From: a virus
IMG/VR virus record: IMGVR_UViG_3300025617_000977
Coordinates: 7,807 to 71,806 of that record
Reading direction: 5' to 3' (one strand)
DNA: 64,000 nucleotides
Shown here one piece after another: positions 37,898 through 46,702 of the stretch. Every line of letters starts with the position of its first letter. The stretch's first letter is position 1. The position numbers and the translations under genes are program-made. The notes beneath the pieces were generated by a model that was not told where the DNA came from, did not search any database, and saw nothing but the letters and a program-made list of their open reading frames with translations.

Positions 37898-38251
37898 ATG
37901 GCATACTTAGTAAACGATAACTGTATCAAATGTAAGTTCACAGATTGTGTAGAAGTTTGTCCAGTTGATTGTTTTTATGAAGGTGAAAATATGCTAGTCA
38001 TTAACCCTAACGAGTGTATTGACTGCGGTGTGTGCGAACCAGAATGTCCAGCAGATGCAATTATTACTGACAATGTTGATGGCGCAAATAAATGGTATCA
38101 CATTAACGAAGACTTGTCTGCAAAATGGCCTAACATTACAGTGAAAAAAGATCCGCTTCCAAACGCCGATGAGATGATTCTCGAACCTAATAAATTTGAA
38201 AGGTTCTTTAATGAGAACCCAGGGAGTGATAATGAAGATTCAAAAACTTAG
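37898..38251 (+). CDS. fdxA: 7Fe/8Fe ferredoxin (FdxA type)
   Basis: [18 protein letters not shown] and [12 protein letters not shown]. Confidence 0.92.
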   Translation: MAYLVNDNCIKCKFTDCVEVCPVDCFYEGENMLVINPNECIDCGVCEPECPADAIITDNVDGANKWYHINEDLSAKWPNITVKKDPLPNADEMILEPNKFERFFNENPGSDNEDSKT

Positions 38252-38564
38252 AGCAAGTCACATCTTGCTGTCTCATGCAGGATCAACAGCAACAACTAAT
38301 CAGAGACCAGAACCTGCCGCACAGCAAGAAGCACATAATGTGATTATGGATATTGCAGAAGGTCTATTATCATTTGAACAAGCCGCTAAAGAATTTAGTG
38401 CTTGTAGAGTTACTGCCGCAAGAGGTGGAGATGTAGGCTGGTTTGACTTTCCGGGAGAAATGGAATACGAGTTTGCACATGCTGTTAGCCTTATGCAAAA
38501 AGACACCATCGGACCGCCAATTAAAACTGAGTTTGGCTGGCATGTAATTTTAAGGACCGGTTAA
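38232..38564 (+). CDS. parvulin-type peptidyl-prolyl isomerase
   Basis: [31 protein letters not shown]; start at ATG 38232 after GGGAG. Confidence 0.88.
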   Translation: MKIQKLRASHILLSHAGSTATTNQRPEPAAQQEAHNVIMDIAEGLLSFEQAAKEFSACRVTAARGGDVGWFDFPGEMEYEFAHAVSLMQKDTIGPPIKTEFGWHVILRTG

Positions 38565-39133
38565 TGGATTACTTTCATGTGCATAACGGGACTTCGTGTG
38601 AACCTTGTGATATTACACAGGTAACATACGGTAGAGGAGATGTATTAAATCCTATTCTTGAAAATAAGATACGTAACATAGGTGACGTAATTAAACATGC
38701 AAGCAATGTGAAAGCAGACATGACTGATTTCCATATGCAACATGATCCAGACTTTAAGAAAATTTGCGATTTTGCAATTATGCAAATAATTAATAGTGTC
38801 GAAGGACTTAATCAACGCGGAGCAGAAATGTTACGGTTTGATATTATCGATTGTTGGGGAATGGTATACAAAGGTGGGCAAGGACATCATACACAAGAAC
38901 ATGCTCATTGGCCTTCTACATTTAGTTTTTGTTATTATGTAAATGCTTGTGAAGAATGTGCGCCTCTTCGATTTACTAAAGCAAACTACGAAGTTAACCC
39001 ACGTAGCGGACTAATGGTGATTTTTCCCGGAAATGTAAGCCATTCAGTACCAAATCAATATTGTACACATGACCGTGTTGCAATATCAGGAAATATAAGC
39101 GTCATAGTAAAGAAACCAGGAGAATTAAAATGA
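38564..39133 (+). CDS. 2OG-Fe(II) oxygenase
   Basis: HAH, SFCYY, VIFPGNVSH, RVAISGN. Confidence 0.8.
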   Translation: MDYFHVHNGTSCEPCDITQVTYGRGDVLNPILENKIRNIGDVIKHASNVKADMTDFHMQHDPDFKKICDFAIMQIINSVEGLNQRGAEMLRFDIIDCWGMVYKGGQGHHTQEHAHWPSTFSFCYYVNACEECAPLRFTKANYEVNPRSGLMVIFPGNVSHSVPNQYCTHDRVAISGNISVIVKKPGELK

Positions 39134-39792
39134 ACGTAAAACTAGTAAGTTATTCACAACCATCAAAAGAGTTTATGGATGATGGTATTGGAGATGTACA
39201 AGAACTAATTGCATTTTGTGCAAGAGTTAGCAACCCTGCTAATCAAATGAATAAAGAAACTAGTGAAAAACTAATCAAGTATTTGATTAAACATGCACAC
39301 TGGTCACCACTTGAAATGGCAAGTGCTTGTTTAGAAATTGATACTACTCGTGATATTGCACATCAGATTGTGCGTCATCGAAGTTTTGCATTCCAAGAAT
39401 TTTCGCAACGATATGCTGACCCGTCATCAATGGGTGATCAATTTGTTATTCGCGAAGCACGATTACAAGATGAAAAGAATCGTCAAAACTCTGTTGAAAC
39501 TAACGATAATGATCTGCAAGAAGAGTGGATTAGGAAACAGAAGGCTGTGATTAATACATCCCGTGATGCATACAACTGGGCAATTGAAAACGGTATTGCT
39601 AAAGAACAAGCCCGTGTAGTTCTTCCAGAAGGCAACACAAAAACTAGAGTATACATGAACGGTACACTTCGTAGTTGGGTACACTATATCGAGTTGCGTG
39701 GTGCTAATGGTACACAAAAAGAGCATATGGAAATTGCTCATGCTTGTGCAAAAGTTATTGCAGAAATCTTTCCGTTGGCTGAGCAGTTGTAA
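39130..39792 (+). CDS. thyX: flavin-dependent thymidylate synthase
   Basis: HWSPLE, RHRSFAFQEFSQRY (RHRX7S), EQARVVLP. Confidence 0.95.
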   Translation: MNVKLVSYSQPSKEFMDDGIGDVQELIAFCARVSNPANQMNKETSEKLIKYLIKHAHWSPLEMASACLEIDTTRDIAHQIVRHRSFAFQEFSQRYADPSSMGDQFVIREARLQDEKNRQNSVETNDNDLQEEWIRKQKAVINTSRDAYNWAIENGIAKEQARVVLPEGNTKTRVYMNGTLRSWVHYIELRGANGTQKEHMEIAHACAKVIAEIFPLAEQL

Positions 39793-39797
39793 TTTAT

Positions 39798-40016
39798 ATG
39801 ATGGGCGCAAACTGGCAAGCAGATCCACAGCGTTCAGTTGAAGAAAAGTTTGCTTGGTGGCCTATACGCAGTGGATCACACAAGCGTATATGGCTAAAGA
39901 AATATTATGTCCAACATACATACTATGACAACTTAGGTAAGCCACCTATCAAAGGACGTAGTTGGACATACATATGGACTAAGAACGAATACTTAATGGA
40001 ACAGATAAAAAGATGA
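39798..40016 (+). CDS. hypothetical protein
   Basis: 72 aa; FAWWP...IWLKKY. Confidence 0.6.
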   Translation: MMGANWQADPQRSVEEKFAWWPIRSGSHKRIWLKKYYVQHTYYDNLGKPPIKGRSWTYIWTKNEYLMEQIKR

Positions 40017-40426
40017 GACCTAAATTTATTGATGCATACATGGACGTTGCAGAACGCTTTGCACAACTAAGTTCAGCAACACGACTACAAGTAGGTGCTA
40101 TTGTTGTAAAGGATGATAGAATTATCTCTATTGGCTACAATGGTATGCCAGCAGGTTGGGATAATGTTTGCGAACATGAAGGTAAAACTAAACCAGAAGT
40201 ACTTCATGCAGAATCGAACGCTATTGCAAAACTAGCAAGTTCACACGAAAGTGGCAAAAATGCCACATTACTGTGTACTCACGCCCCGTGTATTGATTGT
40301 GCTAAACTAATATTACAATCAGGCATTAGTACAGTATATTATAAATCCAGTTATCGAGACAACTCGGGTGTAAACTTTTTAAATAAGTCTAGTGTAAAGG
40401 TTATTAAACATGATGAAATTTATTAA
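40013..40426 (+). CDS. dCMP deaminase
   Basis: VGAIVV, GYNG, HAE and PCxxC zinc motifs. Confidence 0.92.
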   Translation: MRPKFIDAYMDVAERFAQLSSATRLQVGAIVVKDDRIISIGYNGMPAGWDNVCEHEGKTKPEVLHAESNAIAKLASSHESGKNATLLCTHAPCIDCAKLILQSGISTVYYKSSYRDNSGVNFLNKSSVKVIKHDEIY

Positions 40427-41177
40427 AAAGTTGTTTAGCAAAAAAGCCCCAGTAATTAACTTTGCTACTCAGAATTGGGGTGTTCGCAAATATGCTCCGA
40501 TTGAGCCTGCAAGTAAGTTTTTTCCAGAGAAGTTTTTAAAGGTTGATCCGCTATTTGAAAAGGGACAACATAATATTGATCACAAAAAAACTATTAGAGC
40601 ATGTCCTGGTATTACAGATTATATGAGCATGGGATATGTTATTCCTGCATGGTGCGATATTGAAATTCTTCCAACACCCGATGGCATGCATATTGAAACA
40701 AGATACAGTGATCCTATGTATAATGATGCATACCACCATGACGATCAACTTCAAGGATTTATGAATCAAGTATTTAAAGTTAAAGGTGCAGTTAAACTAG
40801 ACAATCCTTGGTTCACATGGAATAAACCCGGGTATAGTACTATGTATTTGCCTATGTATTATCATGAAGGGAAAAATTGGGAAGCAGTACCCGGAGTGAT
40901 GGACCACGATTTAGGTGCTCCGCAGAGTCCTATTAATATTATGCTTAAAGAAATTAAGCCAACTGTAATTAAAATGGGTGAACCCATTGTGCAAGTGATT
41001 CCATTTAAGCGCGAACACATGATCGCAAAAACAATGGAAATGGATGAAACAGCAATGAAGCGTCAGTGGGCAATCTCCAGCCTGCATAAGATGAGTTACA
41101 CAGGCTGGATCAAGTGGGTTAAAGCGAAAAAGTTATATACTGTTGACGCTTATGATACTAATTTGCCAGGGGACTAA
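40410..41177 (+). CDS. conserved phage protein, dUTPase-like beta fold (DUF6065-like)
   Basis: CPG..D, PAWCD, K...PW, PGVMD.D, GEPIVQVIPFKRE. Confidence 0.6.
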   Translation: MMKFIKKLFSKKAPVINFATQNWGVRKYAPIEPASKFFPEKFLKVDPLFEKGQHNIDHKKTIRACPGITDYMSMGYVIPAWCDIEILPTPDGMHIETRYSDPMYNDAYHHDDQLQGFMNQVFKVKGAVKLDNPWFTWNKPGYSTMYLPMYYHEGKNWEAVPGVMDHDLGAPQSPINIMLKEIKPTVIKMGEPIVQVIPFKREHMIAKTMEMDETAMKRQWAISSLHKMSYTGWIKWVKAKKLYTVDAYDTNLPGD

Positions 41178-41908
41178 CCTGCCTCGCCGTAAATTTCTAG
41201 TACTTCTTTAACAGCCTCGTGTCTTTCGATATCACCTCTCTCAAATTCTACTACACTTAGTCTGTCTGCTCGACCATGGCGGTCTAGTTGGCGACAAAAA
41301 TCAATAAGTCCGTTGTCCTTTAATCTGTCTGCTTGGGCAAGGTCGCCTGTTACACACATATACGATTCCTCGCCTAAACGAGTCAACAACATCTTCATTT
41401 GATTTTGTGTTGCGTTTTGCATCTCGTCAGCAATGATGTAAGAACGTTTAAACGTTCGACCACGCATGTATGCAAGAGGAGCAATTTCAATCACACCTTC
41501 TGCAATCATACCTTCGATATCATTTGCTGAAAAATACTCACGTAACACATCAAAAATAGGTCTTGTCCAAGGCGCCATTTTTTGTTCTAGCGTTCCTGGT
41601 AAGAATCCTAAATCCTCGTCTGCCGAAACAGCAGGTCTGGTCACAATAATTTTGTCTACTTTGCCTTCCTTAAAATGCTTAACCGCTACCTGCACGGCCA
41701 ACATGGTTTTGCCCGTTCCTGCCGGCCCGATGCCAAAGACTATGTCTTTCCTTGGGTCTAACAAATTTAACACGTATGTTTCTTGATTAATATTTCTGGG
41801 GAGTATTTTGACTTCTTTTTTCTTTGCTTGAAGAAAATTATTAATTTCTACAATATTGTTGCTTTTATTGTAGTCTTGTCTCTTTTGAGACTTCCTTTTT
41901 GCACCCAT
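41174..41908 (-). CDS. phoH: PhoH-family ATPase
   Basis: GPAGTGKT, TRPAV, LGFLPG, YMRGRT, DEMQN, TGDLAQ; AGGAGG SD. Confidence 0.95.
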   Translation of the reverse strand: MGAKRKSQKRQDYNKSNNIVEINNFLQAKKKEVKILPRNINQETYVLNLLDPRKDIVFGIGPAGTGKTMLAVQVAVKHFKEGKVDKIIVTRPAVSADEDLGFLPGTLEQKMAPWTRPIFDVLREYFSANDIEGMIAEGVIEIAPLAYMRGRTFKRSYIIADEMQNATQNQMKMLLTRLGEESYMCVTGDLAQADRLKDNGLIDFCRQLDRHGRADRLSVVEFERGDIERHEAVKEVLEIYGEAG

Positions 41909-42070
41909 GCAGTCCTCCTTTATGGATAAAATAGTAGAGCACTACAAAACATATATAGTGACCATATGTTCTGCTCCCTACAAAAATATTTAGTCTTTTG
42001 AGACAAGACAAAACTACACACATATAGATGCAGTACTGATAAATAAGTATACAATAGATTGGAATTTAAG

Positions 42071-42592
42071 ATGAAAGACGTACTAGAAGTAATACAAAAT
42101 ATTCAAAACATTTACGAAAGCGATATTGCTTTTACGGTCTTAAAAGACTTTGAGAGAGTGCTTGACGAATTAGACTTATATGTTTATGATAATTGGGAGG
42201 ACGGCGAATTAGCGGCTGGTCCAGCAATTAAACGCCATTGGGTAATTTGCTCATTTATGTGGCCAAGAGATAAAATGCCAGACCCAATGGGTGGCAAAAG
42301 ACTATTAGATTACGACTGTAAAGTAACGTACAAAAAAGATCATATTCTAAAACCTCGTAAAATTAAAAAGCCAGGAGATATTAGACCTGGAACTAAAAAA
42401 GGTAAACTTGATCGTGAACCTATTTGGGTAGTTGAAATTATGATGCCTAAGAAACTTATTATCGACATCTACGGCGGATATAACGAAATGCTAGATTTAG
42501 CAAACGAGCCAGGCGTTGAACAAACTCCTGCACCAGAAGCACAAGCAGATATGGCAGTAGAACCAGAAGCACCAGTTGAAGGAGCAGTATAA
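42071..42592 (+). CDS. conserved jumbo-phage late protein
   Basis: DFERVLD...NW..GEL..GP...MPDP.GG; late motif at 42040. Confidence 0.75.
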   Translation: MKDVLEVIQNIQNIYESDIAFTVLKDFERVLDELDLYVYDNWEDGELAAGPAIKRHWVICSFMWPRDKMPDPMGGKRLLDYDCKVTYKKDHILKPRKIKKPGDIRPGTKKGKLDREPIWVVEIMMPKKLIIDIYGGYNEMLDLANEPGVEQTPAPEAQADMAVEPEAPVEGAV

Positions 42593-43302
42593 TGGGTTTA
42601 AGAAAAAACGACTTACAAGATCTTGTTGATAAGATTTTTGAAATCGATTCTTTTAAATCTAAAATGGGCGATGACAAGGATGTCGTTGTTATTAGTTTTT
42701 CTACTAAGAACGAAGCAAGTGCAACAGACTTAGAAAACTTTATTGAAAAAGGTTATCCTTTTGTATTAGATGCTGATAAAACTAATGGCGAACAAAGTGA
42801 TGGCATGTATAAAGTATTTGTAGAAATCGAAAGAAGCAAAGATGCTCCGTCTAATATTAGTGAAATGTTAGATGGTATCAAACAAATAAGCGGGCTTGAA
42901 GATATGAAGTTTCGCTACTACAAAGGTTTTAGAAGCCAAGATGCTTCTGAAAGTAATATAGCAGAAATGGTTCCAACAGACCACGATGCTTATGAGATTA
43001 GAGTGAACGAAAGTAATATGGATAACTATAAAAACTTCTTTAATAACAGTTATGCAGAAGAAATAGTTATGTTAGATGAACACACTCTAAAAATAAAAAA
43101 CACGTTTATGGATCCGTTGCACTTCAAAGTGATGGACTTTGGACAAACCAAAGACATAAATATCAATGAAGCACTAGACATTAACGGTTTCGCAGAAGTT
43201 ATCTATCTTACAAAATACTTAGGCGATTACAATATTACTAAGTATGGTAAAAAACTAGTGCTGGAAAATAACGGTTATTCATTAATTGTGAAAAGAGGAT
43301 AA
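42592..43302 (+). CDS. conserved jumbo-phage late protein
   Basis: IDSFKSKMG.D, VLDAD, VFVEIER. Confidence 0.75.
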   Translation: MGLRKNDLQDLVDKIFEIDSFKSKMGDDKDVVVISFSTKNEASATDLENFIEKGYPFVLDADKTNGEQSDGMYKVFVEIERSKDAPSNISEMLDGIKQISGLEDMKFRYYKGFRSQDASESNIAEMVPTDHDAYEIRVNESNMDNYKNFFNNSYAEEIVMLDEHTLKIKNTFMDPLHFKVMDFGQTKDININEALDINGFAEVIYLTKYLGDYNITKYGKKLVLENNGYSLIVKRG

Positions 43303-43306
43303 TTTA

Positions 43307-43834
43307 ATGGCAAAAGACAATTTTAAAAACTGCTTAAAAGTAATTTTACATCATGAAGGTGGTTACGTAGACCATCCTCAGGACCCAGGCGGTGCAACTA
43401 ATATGGGTATTACTCGACAGACATATGAGGACTGGATGGGTAAAGTAGTAACAAAAGAAAAGATTCAAAATTTAACTGAAACTGATGTTACACCAATCTA
43501 CAAAAAAAATTATTGGAATGCTATCTTAGCAGACGATATTGCCAAGGGTTTAGATCTTTGTGTATTTGATATGTGTGTAAATGCTGGCAGACACAGAGCA
43601 ACTAAATTTTTACAAATGATGGTTGGCTCTAAAGTTGACGGTTGGATTGGTCCAAACACAATTGCTAAAACACAAGGGTACGTTGACGCTAATGGCATTT
43701 CTACAGCCATTAACGAGTACTCAAAAATTAGACAAGATTACTACGAAACTCTTGCTACATTTAAGACGTTTGGTAAAGGGTGGACAAACAGAACCACTGC
43801 TACTAAGGAAAAAGCCATCGAAATGGCTGAGTAA
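43307..43834 (+). CDS. endolysin, glycoside hydrolase family 108
   Basis: EGGYVDHPQDPGGATNMGIT, FD..VNAG, DG.IGP.T, FGKGW.NR. Confidence 0.92.
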   Translation: MAKDNFKNCLKVILHHEGGYVDHPQDPGGATNMGITRQTYEDWMGKVVTKEKIQNLTETDVTPIYKKNYWNAILADDIAKGLDLCVFDMCVNAGRHRATKFLQMMVGSKVDGWIGPNTIAKTQGYVDANGISTAINEYSKIRQDYYETLATFKTFGKGWTNRTTATKEKAIEMAE

Positions 43835-43839
43835 TAACA

Positions 43840-44265
43840 GTGTTTAGTTCAATCAAAATTGCTATGATACTTGTTGTAATTTCTACAGCAGGAATGGGTG
43901 TTTTGTATGTTAAGAAATTACAAAGTGATTTAGAAACTGCAAGAGCAAATGTAGCAAAAATGGAAATTGCTGTTCAAACTAGTGAGCAATCACTACAACT
44001 TGAAAGAGCAGAGACAGTAAGATTGGGCGAACTAAATGTTACTCTTAGTGCAGATTTACAAAAAGCAGAGCAGTATGGAGATGAACTCCGTGCTACTCTA
44101 CAAAAACACAATTTAACCCACTTAGCAAATAAGAAGCCAGGGTTGATTGAAAAAAGGATGCAAAATGCGACTGATAAGTTATGGGATGATCTTGAGTCTA
44201 TCACTACTGTTCCTTCAGGGGTGCAGTCTATTGACTCCGGAACCACAGATAGTAACAGTAACTAA
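43840..44265 (+). CDS. inner-membrane spanin (Rz-like)
   Basis: N-terminal TM followed by a coiled coil, KPGLIE; directly follows the endolysin. Confidence 0.78.
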   Translation: MFSSIKIAMILVVISTAGMGVLYVKKLQSDLETARANVAKMEIAVQTSEQSLQLERAETVRLGELNVTLSADLQKAEQYGDELRATLQKHNLTHLANKKPGLIEKRMQNATDKLWDDLESITTVPSGVQSIDSGTTDSNSN

Positions 44266-44545
44266 TACAGTAAAAACTACTGTACCTATTGTTGCACAAC
44301 CAAAACCCGTTCAACTGAATGATGTTAAAATCTATGTGGTCACTGAAGAAAACTTTGAAGAGTTTAAAGCAGACTTTCAAGCCAAAAACGGCGCCGATGC
44401 ATATATTGCTATTAGTGTAAAAGATTATGAAAACCTTTCGCTTAACTTTGCTGAACTAAGACGCTATATCCAACAACAAAAGCAAGTTATTGTATACTAT
44501 GAAGAAGCAGTTAAGCCTGATACTAGTACTGCTGACTCTCAGTAG
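44165..44545 (+). CDS. outer-membrane lipoprotein spanin (Rz1-like)
   Basis: Lipobox LQGC, Pro-rich linker, overlaps the 3' end of the i-spanin. Confidence 0.78.
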   Translation: MRLISYGMILSLSLLFLQGCSLLTPEPQIVTVTNTVKTTVPIVAQPKPVQLNDVKIYVVTEENFEEFKADFQAKNGADAYIAISVKDYENLSLNFAELRRYIQQQKQVIVYYEEAVKPDTSTADSQ

Positions 44546-44654
44546 TTGTACATTACAATCTAAATGTACCGTAGAGCCCGGTGTTGACCTCAAAGGCATT
44601 CCAAAAGATATTGATCAAATAACAACTAAAGGTGTAGTTGCCTGTAATTTCTGA
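44499..44654 (+). CDS. small lipoprotein (51 aa, below ORF-track cutoff)
   Basis: Manual translation MKKQLSLILVLLTLSSCTLQSKCTVEPGVDLKGIPKDIDQITTKGVVACNF with lipobox LSSC. Confidence 0.6.
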   Translation: MKKQLSLILVLLTLSSCTLQSKCTVEPGVDLKGIPKDIDQITTKGVVACNF

Positions 44655-44681
44655 TAAATACCTATATAAGAAGAGGGTATT

Positions 44682-44963
44682 ATGTGGGAAATGATTGAAA
44701 GAATGGCGAGCGATCGCCTTTGGATATACACGGCAATAGCAGGATCAATTGCTGGTACTATTTTTATAACATATATGAGTACAACAAGAGCAGGACTTTG
44801 GTTCTATGCTAAAGTAGATCGTGCAATTGATTTCCTTGTAGAACGTTATGGATGGACCTGGTTAGAGCAACCTAAAGATGCATGGCGTAAAAAATACCCC
44901 CACGTAACTAAAAAGATTGACGAGTTAGAAGATCGTATTACTAAACTGGAGGGTAAGAAGTAA
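44682..44963 (+). CDS. membrane protein (holin candidate)
   Basis: One TM segment plus coiled C-terminus, next to lysis genes; late motif at 44655. Confidence 0.6.
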   Translation: MWEMIERMASDRLWIYTAIAGSIAGTIFITYMSTTRAGLWFYAKVDRAIDFLVERYGWTWLEQPKDAWRKKYPHVTKKIDELEDRITKLEGKK

Positions 44964-45310
44964 TGACCGAAGAAAATAAAACAGTAACAATGGATGCCGA
45001 AGCGGCTAAGAAATTAGATGCAAACGGTGACGGACATATCAGTGCCGAAGAAGCCGCAATGGAATTAGAATTCAAGCGCAAAGCATTTGAAGACGCAGAC
45101 GCACGTAGAGATGCAATGCGCAACATGGCATGGTTTGCATTGTTTGGTATGCTACTATATCCATTCGCAGTAGTTATAGCACTATTGATCGGACTAGATG
45201 GCGCAGGTAAAATCCTAGGCGACATGGCGGCAACATACTTTGTATCAGTAGCGGCGATTGTAATGGCCTTTATCGGCGGCAATGCTTACACTGACAAAAA
45301 TAAAAAGTAA
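44963..45310 (+). CDS. two-TM membrane protein with EF-hand-like loop
   Basis: DANGDGHISAEE loop followed by two TM helices. Confidence 0.7.
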   Translation: MTEENKTVTMDAEAAKKLDANGDGHISAEEAAMELEFKRKAFEDADARRDAMRNMAWFALFGMLLYPFAVVIALLIGLDGAGKILGDMAATYFVSVAAIVMAFIGGNAYTDKNKK

Positions 45311-45353
45311 CCACACCTTATAACATACAGTAGTCCATGCGATAAGTAATTGT

Positions 45354-46184
45354 ATGGACTACTATTCTATATTAGGCGTTTCAAAAAATGCTACAGAAAA
45401 AGATCTAAAAAAAGCATACAAAACACAAAGTATGCAACATCACCCCGACCGTGGCGGTGATGAAGAAAAGTTTAAGCAGATTAACGAAGCGTATACTACG
45501 CTAAAAGATCCCCAAAAGAAAGCCATGTACGATCAGTACGGAACGGCTGATCCTCAACAACATCACCAACAGCAAGGATTTCATCAAGGATTTAATCCCC
45601 AAAATATGGAAGATATCTTTGGTTCGTTTTTTGGGCAAGGATTTCAACAAAACCAAAGAAGGCAACGTATGCAAAATGCAGACGTAACTATTCAATGTGA
45701 CATTACTCTTGAAGAAGTATATAACGGTAAAGGTGTTATTGCAACATTTAGAACAAGGTCAGGCAGAGAACAAACTGTAAACATTGACATTCCAAAAGGT
45801 TCCAGACACGGCGACACTATCCGTTACCAGGGGCTAGGTGATGATAGTATTCCTGGGTTACCAAAGGGAAACTTGAATGTTAGAATTCGCATACTACGAC
45901 ATCCAATTTATTCAGTTGATGGATTTAACTTACATGCCGAAGTTAAAATTAATGTATTCGATTTAATGCTAGGAACAGCCACAACTTTAAATATCCCCAG
46001 CGGCCGAGCAATAAGTATAAACATACCACAAGGCACCCAGCCAGGAACTGTAATGAGTATAAATGGAAAAGGTTTACCAGATTACAATACTGGACGTTCA
46101 GGCAATATTTACTTAAAAATACAAGGCGAGATTCCAAAGGATCTTACCCAAGACAAACTTGAACAAATTAGGAAAATTAAATGA
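45354..46184 (+). CDS. DnaJ-class chaperone (type II, no zinc finger)
   Basis: DYYSILGV, HPD motif, G/F-rich linker, C-terminal substrate-binding domain. Confidence 0.92.
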   Translation: MDYYSILGVSKNATEKDLKKAYKTQSMQHHPDRGGDEEKFKQINEAYTTLKDPQKKAMYDQYGTADPQQHHQQQGFHQGFNPQNMEDIFGSFFGQGFQQNQRRQRMQNADVTIQCDITLEEVYNGKGVIATFRTRSGREQTVNIDIPKGSRHGDTIRYQGLGDDSIPGLPKGNLNVRIRILRHPIYSVDGFNLHAEVKINVFDLMLGTATTLNIPSGRAISINIPQGTQPGTVMSINGKGLPDYNTGRSGNIYLKIQGEIPKDLTQDKLEQIRKIK

Positions 46185-46702
46185 AACTAGTATATCACCC
46201 AAGCGAATGGTTAGACAAAGAAGTTGATGCATTTAACTTTGACAGTATGGATGCTAAACAAATTGAAAAAGACATGATTGAAATCATGCAAAAACAAAAC
46301 GGTGTCGGATTAAGTGCTAATCAAGTAGGACTTAATGCTAGAATTTTTGTAATGGAGCCAGATGGACTAGAAGGTTACGATGAACCTTTCGCAATCATTA
46401 ATCCTGTCGTTGAAGCAGTAGTAGACGAGCAGGTAGTAGGAGAAGAAGGCTGTTTAAGTTATCCCGGACTATTCTTTAAAGTAACTCGTGCTAAGGCTTT
46501 GGTGGCAAAGTTTCTTGACAGTAGTGCTAAAGAGTGTACAATAGAGTTTATAGGCTGGAATGCTAGAATCTTTCAACACGAGTTTGATCACTTATTAGGA
46601 ATTAATTACACTGACAGAGTAAGTAAACTTAAACTTGATATGGCAAAGAAAAAGCAACAGAAGTTATTAAAAAAATATAAGGAAATTTTAACAAATGGTT
46701 GA
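46181..46702 (+). CDS. def: peptide deformylase
   Basis: GVGLSANQ, EGCLS, QHEFDH. Confidence 0.95.
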   Translation: MKLVYHPSEWLDKEVDAFNFDSMDAKQIEKDMIEIMQKQNGVGLSANQVGLNARIFVMEPDGLEGYDEPFAIINPVVEAVVDEQVVGEEGCLSYPGLFFKVTRAKALVAKFLDSSAKECTIEFIGWNARIFQHEFDHLLGINYTDRVSKLKLDMAKKKQQKLLKKYKEILTNG

